Source of the DNA: a virus
Taxonomy: Duplodnaviria; Heunggongvirae; Uroviricota; Caudoviricetes
IMG/VR virus record: IMGVR_UViG_3300029705_000031
DNA length: 64,000 bases
Strand: one strand, 5' to 3'
How positions within the stretch are numbered: the stretch's first letter is position 1; each line of letters begins with the position of its first letter. A model generated the notes under the pieces. That model had not been told where the DNA came from and searched no databases. It saw only the letters and a list, made by a program, of their open reading frames with translations. Below are positions 48,489 to 58,602 of this stretch, piece after piece. The translations under genes were made by a program, and so were the position numbers.

Positions 48489-49984
48489 TGGCAGCTAAAG
48501 TTAGTACTAAGAATACTAGTTTAGAAGACATGAATGTAGAAGAACTTAAGAAAAGATGCTTAGAATGTGTTAACAACAAGGATCTTAATACTGCAACAAG
48601 ATACTTTAAAGAGTACATTGAATTGATCATCTTCAATCTATTGATTTCAGATCACTTCTTTGGTACTTTCATTATCCATATGCAAAGAGAAATTCGTTAT
48701 GATTTCTATGCACCTGCAGGTGTAACTATCAAAAAAGGTTCTCCATTATTGGTAATAAATCCTGCTCTACTACTAAGATATACTCATAAAGAAGTTAAAG
48801 CTATTCTAAAACATGAGGTTTATCATCTACTTCATTTCCATCTTCTAAGAAGTAAAGAGAATAACAATCGTTTTGATAGCTATATTGAGAATATCGTTAT
48901 GGACGTTGCTATCAACCAGTTCATTCCAGAAATTCCTGATGAATGTGTTACGTTTGACAATTTCTGTAAACAGTTTAAACTAGATCCTTACAGAGTATCT
49001 CGTAAAGAATCTTTTGAGTATTACTTAGAACTAGTAAAGAATAGTGATGTATACAAAAAAGATTCTGAACAGTATAAGCAAATGATGAAGGATATTCAGG
49101 ATATTCTTGATCAGCTTAATGAAAGTATGGGTCAGAATGGTAATGGTTCTGGTAGTGGCTCTGGATCTGGTGATGGTAAAAATGGTAAAGCTTCTGGAAA
49201 TGGTTCTGGAAATGGTGGAAAATCCATTCAGGAAATGTTAGATGAAATTCTAGATAAGAAATATCCTATTGATCATTCTATCTGGAAAGAATCTGATAGT
49301 TCCGATGTTCAGAACATCAAGGAGATCGTTAAGCATATGGTAAATGAAGCAATCAAGAATTGTGGTAATGTACCTGGCGATCTACAAGAGCTAATCAATA
49401 AGATTAATGAACCTACTATCATTAAGTGGCAGGATGAACTAAAGAGACTTGTTGGTTCTGTTAAGTGTCCTTATAAACTTACTCCTCTAAGAAGACCTAG
49501 AAGACAGCCTGATAGAATGGATCTTAAGGGTAAAATGTCTGATAGAAAAGTTAAAATCGCAGTTGCTATTGATACTTCTGGTTCTATGGGTGAAAGAGAA
49601 CTTCAGTTTGTATTCTCTGAAATCTTTAAGATTCTAGAATTGGTTAAGTTTGAAATGACAATCATTGAATGTGATTATAACGTACAGAGAGTTTATAAGG
49701 CTAAGAACCTGCAAGAAGTTGACATGAATGTCAAGGGACGTGGAGGTACAGCATTTACACCTGTCTTCAAATATCTTAAGGAAGAAATGCGTCAACAAGA
49801 TAAACCTGACTTACTGGTTTATTTCACTGACGGATGGGGCGAGTCTTGTCTTGACGAAAAGTATCATATTAGTAGTAGTACCAAACTAATGTGGGTATTA
49901 ACAGGACGTAAGAAAGATTTATCATGTTCTGGACATGGTGCTTGGACTAATAAGATCAAAGAACTTAAGATGAACGAAAGATAA
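48488..49984 (+). CDS. VWA-domain protein with N-terminal putative metallopeptidase-like (HExxH) domain; typical partner of MoxR ATPases (DUF2201-like architecture)
   Basis: HEVYHLLH motif; MIDAS motif KIAVAIDTSGSMG; Gly/Ser-rich linker; gene order MoxR-x-VWA. Confidence 0.6.
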   Translation: MAAKVSTKNTSLEDMNVEELKKRCLECVNNKDLNTATRYFKEYIELIIFNLLISDHFFGTFIIHMQREIRYDFYAPAGVTIKKGSPLLVINPALLLRYTHKEVKAILKHEVYHLLHFHLLRSKENNNRFDSYIENIVMDVAINQFIPEIPDECVTFDNFCKQFKLDPYRVSRKESFEYYLELVKNSDVYKKDSEQYKQMMKDIQDILDQLNESMGQNGNGSGSGSGSGDGKNGKASGNGSGNGGKSIQEMLDEILDKKYPIDHSIWKESDSSDVQNIKEIVKHMVNEAIKNCGNVPGDLQELINKINEPTIIKWQDELKRLVGSVKCPYKLTPLRRPRRQPDRMDLKGKMSDRKVKIAVAIDTSGSMGERELQFVFSEIFKILELVKFEMTIIECDYNVQRVYKAKNLQEVDMNVKGRGGTAFTPVFKYLKEEMRQQDKPDLLVYFTDGWGESCLDEKYHISSSTKLMWVLTGRKKDLSCSGHGAWTNKIKELKMNER

Positions 49985-49997
49985 GTGTTAAATTCAT

Positions 49998-50036
49998 ACT
50001 AGAGACTATAATACAACTTATAGTCTCTAGTATTTT
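49998..50036 (+). terminator. rho-independent terminator
   Basis: actagagactata / tatagtctctagt + T-run. Confidence 0.65.
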
Positions 50037-50070
50037 ACATAAATCAAAAAATAAAAAGGAGACTTAAAAA

Positions 50071-51630
50071 ATGGCAATTATTATCCCTATCATTATTGGC
50101 GTAGTACTATTAGGATTAGTCATTGGTTTCATGTGTATGATTTACAAGGTAGCTGATATTGACAAGGCATTGATTATTACTGGTGGCAAAGAGCCTAAGA
50201 TTAAGGTATCTGGTGGTAGTTTTGTAATTCCTATTTTTAGAAGAGCACAGTATTTTGATCTTTGTATGCTTACTGTTAAGGCCGATAGAGATGAAATTCG
50301 TACTGTAACTTCTGTACCTATTGTTACCGACTGGACTGCTCAGATTCGTCCTGATACCTCTGATGAAGCAAATCTAAAGAAAGCAATTATGTCTTTTAAA
50401 GAACGTGGTCAGGAAGGTATTATTAATGATGTTAAACTAACTCTTACTGGCGCTGTTCGTGATATTGTTGCATCTATGACTCCTGAAGCTGTTCTTAAAG
50501 ATAAGGCTGAATTTGCTCAGAAGGTTCGTGATACTGTTGAAGATGAAATGAGAAACATGGGTATGGAACTAGTTTCTCTAAACATTCAAGATATTTCTGA
50601 TAATAATGGTTACTATGATAACATTGCAGCTCTAGATATGGAAGATAAGCGTCTATCCGCAGAAACTAAGAAGGCTCAGATTAATCAGGAAGTTCGTAAG
50701 AAGAAGGCAGAATCTGAACAAGCTGCTGCTCATTCTGAACTTGCTGCAAATCTAGCTATTGCTGAAAAGAAACGTGATAATGATCTTAAGAGAGCTGAAT
50801 TTAAGGCTGAAACTGATACTGCTAATGCAAATGCTGAAATTGCTGGTAGACTTCAGACAACTAAGAGAGAACAGGAAGTTGCAGAACAGGAAGGTAGAAT
50901 TCAGGTAATCCGTCAGGAACAGGCTAACTTTGCTGCTCAGAAGGAAAAGGAAGTTATCATCACTAAGGCACAGGCTGAAAAAGAAAAGAATCAGATTGCA
51001 GCTGAAGCAGTAGCTAACATCAAGAAGATTGATGCTGAAGCAAAGGTTATGGTTGCTGAAAGAGAAGCTAATGCTATTAAGATCAATGCTGATGCTAATG
51101 CAGAAAAGGTTAAGAAGGAAGGTCAGGCAACAGCTGATGTTACTAAGCTAAAGGGTATTGCTGAAGCTGAAGTAGCAAAGGAAAAGGGTCTAGCAGAAGT
51201 AGAAGTCATTAAGGAAAAGGGTCTAGCAGAAGCTGAAGCTGAGAAGGCTAAACTACTAGCTAAGGCAGAAGGTGAAAAGGCTCTAGCAGATGCTCGTGCT
51301 TCTAATGAAAAGGTTAACTTCGAAATCGAAAAGCTTAAGATTGAAGCTGAAGCTAGAGTAACTATTGCTACTAAGACTGCTGAAATTATGGCTGAGATTG
51401 GTAAGAATGCTGAATTCGTCAACATCAATGGTTCTTCTCAGGGTACTCAGAGTGGTAATGTACTAATCGATACTCTTAAAGGTATTCCTGAACTTATGAA
51501 GGTTCTTAATGTTGAGAATGAAGCTCTTAATGGTAAGGGTATTAATGATGAAGTTAAAGGTATTGTCGAGAGTGTAACTGGTCCTGTAAAGGGATTACTT
51601 GTTGACAATTCTAACAAGTCTGATACATAA
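50071..51630 (+). CDS. flotillin/SPFH (band 7) family membrane protein with N-terminal TM helix and long Ala/Glu/Lys-rich coiled-coil (EA repeats)
   Basis: N-terminal IIIPIIIGVVLLGLVIGFMCMI; SPFH-like core; repeated AEAEVAKEKGLAEVEV... characteristic of YqiK/FloT flotillins. Confidence 0.65.
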   Translation: MAIIIPIIIGVVLLGLVIGFMCMIYKVADIDKALIITGGKEPKIKVSGGSFVIPIFRRAQYFDLCMLTVKADRDEIRTVTSVPIVTDWTAQIRPDTSDEANLKKAIMSFKERGQEGIINDVKLTLTGAVRDIVASMTPEAVLKDKAEFAQKVRDTVEDEMRNMGMELVSLNIQDISDNNGYYDNIAALDMEDKRLSAETKKAQINQEVRKKKAESEQAAAHSELAANLAIAEKKRDNDLKRAEFKAETDTANANAEIAGRLQTTKREQEVAEQEGRIQVIRQEQANFAAQKEKEVIITKAQAEKEKNQIAAEAVANIKKIDAEAKVMVAEREANAIKINADANAEKVKKEGQATADVTKLKGIAEAEVAKEKGLAEVEVIKEKGLAEAEAEKAKLLAKAEGEKALADARASNEKVNFEIEKLKIEAEARVTIATKTAEIMAEIGKNAEFVNINGSSQGTQSGNVLIDTLKGIPELMKVLNVENEALNGKGINDEVKGIVESVTGPVKGLLVDNSNKSDT

Positions 51631-51640
51631 GCTTCTTAAA

Positions 51641-51678
51641 AAGAATAGACTCTATCAAAAGAGTCTATTCTTTTTTTG
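51641..51678 (+). terminator. rho-independent terminator
   Basis: aagaatagactct / agagtctattctt + T7. Confidence 0.7.
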
Positions 51679-51737
51679 TTATTTTTCTAGACTTTAACAA
51701 ATCTATAATAGAAAAACATAGAAGAAGGTGAACTAAA

Positions 51738-52925
51738 TTGGCTAGTCCTAAAGATTGTAGCAGTGTTATAGTTAAAACCAAATACTATCCAGAAATTGAA
51801 AAGAATATAGCTAAGAACAATGGTAGAGAGTTCTTAAGTTACATTCCTAGATACATTGATAGAAATCATGATAAACTATTCAATGCAGATTTCAAACATC
51901 TATCTTGGAGAGTTGACAGTATGGATGGCGAAGTTGTTTTTGATACAGTTGGAAAAAATCCAGAAGAACTAAATCGAATCATAAAGGAAACTAAACAGAC
52001 TGAAGATAGCTGGGTTCTATACAATAAAGCAGAATATTGGTCTATGATCTTCATCATTAAGTACTTCCAAGATAACAAAAAAGAAAGAGAAATGAAGATG
52101 TCCATACTTTACTTTGCATTAGCTCTATACTCTAGTGTTATTAGAAAGTGTTTTAAGTTTGAACCTAATCCAAACATAATGGAATACACTATAAACTCTT
52201 TATCTAATCGCTATGACATTAAGAAGTATGGTACTATCATCAATGTTCTACAAAAGCTATCCTATGGTTGTCATGAGACTTATAAGGATTACTTAGATGA
52301 TAAGGATTTCTGTGACTTACACATTAAGGATTATCTAAACAACATGTATGTTCGTATTAACAACTTTGTTAAGGAAATCCTTACTGTTTATATCAAAAAT
52401 AAAGAAAACAAAAACTATATGAATACTGAAAGAGAAAAAACTGATGCTGAAGATTTTTATGAAACTAACAACATCTCAAATAAGATTTATCAGATGACAG
52501 AAAAAGTAGCAAATACTATCATAACTTCTAACTTGAATGTAAACATAGTAGAAATGTCTGCTAAGATGTCTAACGTTTCTATTAGCGAAGTTAGAAACGT
52601 AATCACTCGGATCTTAGAAAAAGATGACAAACGTATTAAGGAATTCATAGCATTATTCTTACATCAGTATTTAGTAGTTGATAGACATCCAGAAGCAACA
52701 TTCTCTAGTTCTAATTTCCTAGTTTATGTTAACAAGATTTATGGTAAGTCTAATACTAACGATAAAGGTGTTATTAGAATGAAGGAAATTCTAGATGAAT
52801 GGTTAAAAGAAAATTCTGAAAAATACTTAAAAACTCAACGAGTTGCTAGTTTGATAGCATTTAGAAAGTCTATCATGCTTTTCTTCTGTATTGCAACTCA
52901 ACAAGTTATACTGAATAAATACTAA
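51738..52925 (+). CDS. hypothetical protein (395 aa), TTG start
   Basis: ORF with GAAGGTGA RBS. Confidence 0.45.
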   Translation: MASPKDCSSVIVKTKYYPEIEKNIAKNNGREFLSYIPRYIDRNHDKLFNADFKHLSWRVDSMDGEVVFDTVGKNPEELNRIIKETKQTEDSWVLYNKAEYWSMIFIIKYFQDNKKEREMKMSILYFALALYSSVIRKCFKFEPNPNIMEYTINSLSNRYDIKKYGTIINVLQKLSYGCHETYKDYLDDKDFCDLHIKDYLNNMYVRINNFVKEILTVYIKNKENKNYMNTEREKTDAEDFYETNNISNKIYQMTEKVANTIITSNLNVNIVEMSAKMSNVSISEVRNVITRILEKDDKRIKEFIALFLHQYLVVDRHPEATFSSSNFLVYVNKIYGKSNTNDKGVIRMKEILDEWLKENSEKYLKTQRVASLIAFRKSIMLFFCIATQQVILNKY

Positions 52926-52951
52926 TTAAAATACAGGTAGGTGAAAATACT

Positions 52952-54379
52952 TTGGAAATAATGAATGAAAATGTTCTTTTACAGGAATCTTACTTCGGTA
53001 AGGATAGTACTCTACTAGAATGTGAAGAATGTATTAAAGCGATGAAAGAAGCTATAGTAGCAGGCAAGAATCCTAACTCTATCAATGAAAAGACTACATT
53101 TGAATCTTTGATAGCTAAAAAGTTCAACTGTGAAAAAGTCTATTTATCTATTTTAGCTGATGAAAGTGGATTGAATGCATATACTGTACCTTTCTATTAT
53201 GAAAAGAATCGTAGTTATGATGATAAGTTTTTTGAACTAGTATCAGATAATAATGGTATACGATATAAGTCTGCTACTGGTAAGACTTTATACATCTATA
53301 TCAATACTTATACCATTAGAAACTATAGTGTCACTAACATCATGGGTATTTTACTACATGAAGTTGGACATAATTTCTTCTATATGAAGGAACAGATACA
53401 AAATCGTAAGTCTAAGCTATTTACAGAGTTTGTACTATACTTAATGAGACTGTTAGATCAATACAATTATGATCCTAGATTAGTATCTGAAGTTGTAAGA
53501 GTTTTAATCAATGAAGGATTGAACTTTAAAAAAGGAATTCAAAAGTCTTCTTATGAAGAAACTAAGAAATTCCTATCTGATAAAGCTTTTGACATCATTA
53601 ATGGTAGATACAAGTCTACCCATACTGGAATTGGTAAAGCTTTCTATACTTTAGCTACTGTTGTAGGTAAGGTTATAACTACTGCTTTTTCTTTAGTAAA
53701 TACTGCAATATATACACTAATGTTCCCTCTATTAGTCAATTCTGCGGCTTATAAGAATCTAGAGAATTCAGCTAAGAAAACTCAGAACTATAATGCTGAA
53801 AAGTTCTGTGATAACTTCGCAGCTTCTTATGGTTATGCATTAGGTGTAGTTGATACTTTCAACTCTTCCTCTAACTTTACTTATTCTAAAAAAATTGCTA
53901 GTAAGATTCCTATTGTTAGAGTCTTAGATTACTATTCTGATGTCTTATTCTATTTCGTTGCTTATATGAGTGACGAACATCCTACTCATCAGAAACGTGT
54001 AACATTTGCTTTAGAGAAATTAAAGTATGAGTTAGAAACTAACAAAAAGAACATGTCTCCTAAACAGATAGAAGAAATCCAGAATGATATCAATGATATC
54101 GAAAAGCTATTAAAGAAAACTCCTTATTTCAAGAAAGCTATAGATAAGCTATTTGCTGGTATTGATGATAGGAGAGATAAAGCTGGTTCTTTAGGTATGA
54201 CTGATGAAGAAATCTATGATTTCGATAAGACTATACTAAAGGATAAAGTTACAACTATCAATAAAGAAGATTTAGGTATACTTTCTTATATGACAGAAGA
54301 CTATCAAAAAGCTATAGATGACTATTTTGAATCTCCTGTGATGGAAATGTTAAATGAATCCTGTATTCTAGAACAATGA
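52952..54379 (+). CDS. putative zinc metallopeptidase (HExxH: LLHEVGHNFF), 475 aa
   Basis: single HExxH motif followed by hydrophobic stretch; otherwise unassigned. Confidence 0.4.
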   Translation: MEIMNENVLLQESYFGKDSTLLECEECIKAMKEAIVAGKNPNSINEKTTFESLIAKKFNCEKVYLSILADESGLNAYTVPFYYEKNRSYDDKFFELVSDNNGIRYKSATGKTLYIYINTYTIRNYSVTNIMGILLHEVGHNFFYMKEQIQNRKSKLFTEFVLYLMRLLDQYNYDPRLVSEVVRVLINEGLNFKKGIQKSSYEETKKFLSDKAFDIINGRYKSTHTGIGKAFYTLATVVGKVITTAFSLVNTAIYTLMFPLLVNSAAYKNLENSAKKTQNYNAEKFCDNFAASYGYALGVVDTFNSSSNFTYSKKIASKIPIVRVLDYYSDVLFYFVAYMSDEHPTHQKRVTFALEKLKYELETNKKNMSPKQIEEIQNDINDIEKLLKKTPYFKKAIDKLFAGIDDRRDKAGSLGMTDEEIYDFDKTILKDKVTTINKEDLGILSYMTEDYQKAIDDYFESPVMEMLNESCILEQ

Positions 54380-54426
54380 ATTATAGGATTCTTTAATCAA
54401 AAATAAAGAAAGGAGATTTTTAATTT

Positions 54427-55158
54427 ATGTTAAACATTACTGCTAGTAGTTCAGAAGACTTCAGTGCAATAGAAGCTGCGTTATTTGAATTTGATGAAAA
54501 TGAAGTATTTTTAAAATATTTTGATGTTGCAGTACAGTCTGAAGCTGATGTTGAAGGTATTACTGTTATCTTAAGAAATAATAAAAAGTTTAAGAAAGAT
54601 CTCAATAAGAAAAAGTACATTGTTTCTATTCCTACTACTTTAACTATAGATGCTTTTGAGTTCTTAAAGAAATATGAAACCAAAGGTAATAAGAGAGTTC
54701 CTTTCTATTCTGTAATAATTAAAGGTCATCTTTATCAGTCTGATGTAAAACTTATCTTAATTTTATGTGGATTTAATGATGACAATATTCGTATCTTAAG
54801 TGCCGATGAATATTCAACTGGTGACGGTATAATTGTTGACGGTGGTTCAATTGGTGGTAACAATGGTTCAATTGACGATGATTATGTTGACGGTGGTATA
54901 ATTGGTGAGAATAATGGGAATAACGGTAGTAATAGTGGCGTTAATGGTGGTTTAATTGGCAACAATAATAACCATAAATGTCACCATACTAATCGTAAAA
55001 TGCATGAAATGTATCATCCTCCCGCTCCTTTAGGTCCTCCTCCTCATCATCATATGAGACCTGAAATGGCACCTCCTATGGATCATCACCATCATTGCAA
55101 ACCTATAATAAGCTGTGAAGAAGAATCTTTCATAGTTGATACCTTAATTGATCAATAA
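54427..55158 (+). CDS. hypothetical protein (243 aa) with Gly/Asn-rich repeats and His/Pro-rich C-terminus (HHTNRKMHEMYHPPAPLGPPPHHHMRPEMAPPMDHHHHC)
   Basis: composition; possible metal-binding tail. Confidence 0.45.
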   Translation: MLNITASSSEDFSAIEAALFEFDENEVFLKYFDVAVQSEADVEGITVILRNNKKFKKDLNKKKYIVSIPTTLTIDAFEFLKKYETKGNKRVPFYSVIIKGHLYQSDVKLILILCGFNDDNIRILSADEYSTGDGIIVDGGSIGGNNGSIDDDYVDGGIIGENNGNNGSNSGVNGGLIGNNNNHKCHHTNRKMHEMYHPPAPLGPPPHHHMRPEMAPPMDHHHHCKPIISCEEESFIVDTLIDQ

Positions 55159-55169
55159 AAATACAAAAA

Positions 55170-55207
55170 GAAGAGTATAACCTAAAATAGGTTATACTCT
55201 TTTCTTT
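55170..55207. terminator. bidirectional terminator between convergent genes
   Basis: aagagtataacct / aggttatactctt + T-run. Confidence 0.65.
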
Positions 55208-56324
55208 ATTTAGTTAGATTTATTCTATCAGTTAGTCTAGTAAACAAATTTGGTTTTTTAGGAGTTTTCTTTTTAATCTGTAAAGGTTCTAAATAACTCA
55301 TTGAAGCATAACCTTTTAGATTTTGTATATAACCCCAACCATTATTAGTTTTTTTATTGATATGAACAGTTTGTCCATTTTTTAATGTAGTTATTATATC
55401 ATAGTTAGTACTAGGCCCTTTACGAATGTTTAGAACATCACCTTTGTCTACATTTGTAACTACAAATACCTTACTGCCAGTAACAGGGATTAAATCTATC
55501 TTAGGTGCTAAAGTAAGAAAATTCATAGATACCCAACCATCTAAAGATTCTATATAACCCCAGTTATCATTAGTCTTTTTACTAATAGTTACTACTTTGC
55601 CTCTTTTTAAAGTATCAATAATATAAGAATTGGTATTAGGATTATTACGAACATTTAAAGAAGAATTAGCAGCTACATTTACTACATAGTCTTTATTAAC
55701 TAAAGTAGTTTTGATAGGTTCTTTTTCTAATTTTTCTTCATTAGAAATTACAGTATCATCTCCATCAAAAAAACCAATAGGACGTCCGTAACCAGCAATA
55801 CGATTGTAATCAAGTCTATAAGATTTTCTTTCAACTCCACCACCATTGGCTACGACACCATCATCAATACTAGTATTACCTTCTATAGTATAAACTCTAT
55901 TAGAATCTACTTTATAGACAATACCTACGTGTGCCATCATACTATAACTTAAATCAGGATATAAGAAAAAGATAATGTCACCAACTTTAGGTTCTTTAAA
56001 GATTCTATTCTTAGCCTTAAAGTTGTTATAGCCAACTATACAAGCACAGAATAAATCACCACATAGCATTTCCTTAGCCTTTTTTACATTACCTTTGCAT
56101 AATTCTACCATGATTACTGAAGTAAACATAGCACACCAAGGTTGACCCTGCCAATAAGTTTCACCTACACCAGTATATACACCATAATCTCGATTAAATC
56201 TAGTATAGTTATTATTACCTGCATTTGCTGAGAAATCTTCTAAATTTTCATTGGATAATTTTTCATGATAATTCTCATATTTCAATGCTATATTTACATA
56301 ATCAATTGCTTTAATAATTCCCAT
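55206..56324 (-). CDS. endolysin: N-terminal CHAP peptidase/amidase domain + two C-terminal SH3b cell-wall-binding repeats
   Basis: CHAP Cys GQPWCAMFTS and His MMAHVGIVYKV; two repeats NVRNNPNTNSYIIDTLKRGKVVTISKKTNDNWGYI / NIRKGPSTNYDIITTLKNGQTVHINKKTNNGWGYI. Confidence 0.8.
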   Translation of the reverse strand: MGIIKAIDYVNIALKYENYHEKLSNENLEDFSANAGNNNYTRFNRDYGVYTGVGETYWQGQPWCAMFTSVIMVELCKGNVKKAKEMLCGDLFCACIVGYNNFKAKNRIFKEPKVGDIIFFLYPDLSYSMMAHVGIVYKVDSNRVYTIEGNTSIDDGVVANGGGVERKSYRLDYNRIAGYGRPIGFFDGDDTVISNEEKLEKEPIKTTLVNKDYVVNVAANSSLNVRNNPNTNSYIIDTLKRGKVVTISKKTNDNWGYIESLDGWVSMNFLTLAPKIDLIPVTGSKVFVVTNVDKGDVLNIRKGPSTNYDIITTLKNGQTVHINKKTNNGWGYIQNLKGYASMSYLEPLQIKKKTPKKPNLFTRLTDRINLTK

Positions 56325-56344
56325 TTTTATAATTATCCTCCATT

Positions 56345-56974
56345 TTAGGTTCCATCTAAACTAATGTCATCTATATCCTCATAAATAAAGTCATCACCAT
56401 AGTGTTTTTTCAATTCTGATAGCTCTTTAGATTGAGAAACTTTCATTGTAACTAAGTCTTTTTGATAAGCTCGTTTCATATATGCTTTAACACAGATACC
56501 TAACATAATAACAATACCTGCACCTACGTAAGCTACTGGTTCTAAATTTTGCTGTAAGTGCATTTCAATACATATAAAAAGTATGAATAAGAAAGCTAGT
56601 GCAACACAAGCTATAGTAATTTTTTTAGAAAATTCCATTTTATGTTTAGCTTGTTTTTCTTCTTTAGTATTAAAGTTAGATGTTACTTTTTTTATTTCTT
56701 CACTAGTTAGTATGTTTAATAACTCTTTTTTAATACTTTCTTTGTCATCTTCAGTAAGAACACTATTGCAAATCTTTTCTTCTTTAATAGGTTCTTCTAT
56801 TGTAAATTCCTCTTCAGGTATTTCAGAATTTTCTTGATTATTTTCAGAGATAAACTGTAACTCTTCTGCTAAATCAGTATAATTTGATTTAGTTTCTTTT
56901 TCCTCTTTTACATCTTTTAAGATATTACTCATGTTTGATAATCTCTCTTTCCTAAGACGTTCTTTTTCAGTCAT
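56345..56974 (-). CDS. membrane protein (209 aa; charged N-terminal half, two TM helices), possible holin-like lysis protein upstream of endolysin
   Basis: TM segments ITIACVALAFLFILFICI and VAYVGAGIVIMLGICV; position immediately upstream of endolysin; function inferred from context only. Confidence 0.3.
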   Translation of the reverse strand: MTEKERLRKERLSNMSNILKDVKEEKETKSNYTDLAEELQFISENNQENSEIPEEEFTIEEPIKEEKICNSVLTEDDKESIKKELLNILTSEEIKKVTSNFNTKEEKQAKHKMEFSKKITIACVALAFLFILFICIEMHLQQNLEPVAYVGAGIVIMLGICVKAYMKRAYQKDLVTMKVSQSKELSELKKHYGDDFIYEDIDDISLDGT

Positions 56975-57136
56975 AAATAATCACTTCAACTTTCTTTTAA
57001 GAAACTTTTATATAGGCTTGATTATTGTATTGTTAAGAGTAATAATTAGGTAGAGTTTATAATAGTATAATCTTCCATTTCTTCTCATTATAAACAACAA
57101 ACTATTAATGATTCTTAAAAAATAAAAAGAAAGGAA

Positions 57137-58522
57137 ATGGAGGTTAAAATAACTATGCCTAGTGTTATTAATATACGTCAAACTATTACTGAATATTTTT
57201 CTGGTGATAGTGCTTCTACTAATTTTACTATAACTCACCTTCCTTTAGCTATACAAAAAATTACTGTAGATGACAATTTATTAGATGAATCTACATATAG
57301 TTTATCTGATAAAGTTGTCAAGATTAAATCTGCACCTGCTAGAGGTAATAAAAATATAGCAATTACCTATACCTATTATAGTGAACTACCTTTTATTAAA
57401 GGTAAGGATGGTAAATCTGTTTATGAAGTAGCTAAAGAAAATGGTTATACTGGTAGTGAAATAGATCTTTACGAAGCTTTAGGTGACTTAGATAAATTCC
57501 TACCCTTTACTGGTAATGAACCTGGTTTAGTACCTTCTGGTTCTAATTCAAATAAAGCTCTTTTCTTATCTGGTGATGGTGTTTGGAGAACTCCAAGTGT
57601 TGATTTAAATACAGCTTTAGAAGATTATCCAACTGAAGATGAATTAAATAAATTATTAGAAAATTACCTTCAAGATAAGGATTTAAAAAATTCTAATGCA
57701 TTAGCTGGTATTTTAGAAAATTATGTTAAGTCTAATAATAAAGATACTGTATTAGAGACAGTATTAAATGATGGCTATTATACTAAGGATGCAATAGATA
57801 AACTATTAGACGGCTATATTAAAAATGGTGAATTAGATGGTAACATTGGTAGCGATGAAGTAGCTGATTTACTAGCTAACTATGTTAAAAATAGTGAACT
57901 AACAGAAACTTTAAAAAAGTATGCACTTCTTACTGAATTAAGTAATTATTACAAAAAAACTGAAATAGATGCTACATTAGGTGATTATTACAAAAAAACT
58001 GAAATAGATGCTACATTAAAATCTTATACTACTAATACTAACTTTACTGATCTTTCAAATAAAGTCACTAATATAGAAAATAATTATACTAAAACATCTG
58101 ATTTAAGTGATTATGCTAAAACATCTGATTTAACTAATTATGTTAAAACTACTGATTTAAATAGTAAATTAACTAGTTATGCTAAAACATCTGATTTAAG
58201 TAGTTATGTTAAAACTACTGATTTAAATAGTACATTAAATAGTTATGCTATTAAATCAACAGCTACTACAGTTACTTTATCAGCTAGTGGTTGGGAAGGA
58301 ACTGAAGCTCCTTATACCTATAATGCAAGTAATATTTCTGGTATTACTGAAAATGGTATTGTTGCATTGGCTGATAGTAATACTTCCGCTCAAAAAGAAG
58401 ATGCTGCAGATGCTTTAATTAGTGTCAGTGCACAATCTGTAACCAATAAAACTATTACATTTGCTGCTAATGGCACTAAACCTACTTCCAATATTGTTTT
58501 ACAATTGGTATTCTTTGGTTAA
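57137..58522 (+). CDS. tail fibre protein (461 aa) with conserved phage-fibre N-terminal module (GKDGKSVYEVAKENGYTGSE) and Ser/Thr-Asp-Leu tandem repeats
   Basis: N-terminus homologous to 61550..62323; repeats KTSDLSDYAKTSDLTNYVKTTDLNSKLTSYAKTSDLSSYVKTTDLNS and YYKKTEIDATLGDYYKKTEIDATL. Confidence 0.65.
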   Translation: MEVKITMPSVINIRQTITEYFSGDSASTNFTITHLPLAIQKITVDDNLLDESTYSLSDKVVKIKSAPARGNKNIAITYTYYSELPFIKGKDGKSVYEVAKENGYTGSEIDLYEALGDLDKFLPFTGNEPGLVPSGSNSNKALFLSGDGVWRTPSVDLNTALEDYPTEDELNKLLENYLQDKDLKNSNALAGILENYVKSNNKDTVLETVLNDGYYTKDAIDKLLDGYIKNGELDGNIGSDEVADLLANYVKNSELTETLKKYALLTELSNYYKKTEIDATLGDYYKKTEIDATLKSYTTNTNFTDLSNKVTNIENNYTKTSDLSDYAKTSDLTNYVKTTDLNSKLTSYAKTSDLSSYVKTTDLNSTLNSYAIKSTATTVTLSASGWEGTEAPYTYNASNISGITENGIVALADSNTSAQKEDAADALISVSAQSVTNKTITFAANGTKPTSNIVLQLVFFG

Positions 58523-58574
58523 TAAAATCTTTTTAAACTTTATTTCAGTTATGATGATAAAGAAAAAAGAATAA

Positions 58575-58602
58575 AGGATAAAGGGAATTAATTCCCTTTA
58601 TC
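58575..58602. terminator. perfect 14-bp-stem hairpin ggataaagggaatt/aattccctttatcc flanked by A-run and T-run (bidirectional terminator); copy 1
   Basis: seen directly; identical stem recurs at 61506..61534. Confidence 0.7.

Noticed and set aside
51123-51428. 101-aa Ala/Ser-rich antisense ORF inside the flotillin gene
   Set aside because: Reverse complement of the GCT/GAA-rich EA-repeat coding DNA; compositional artefact
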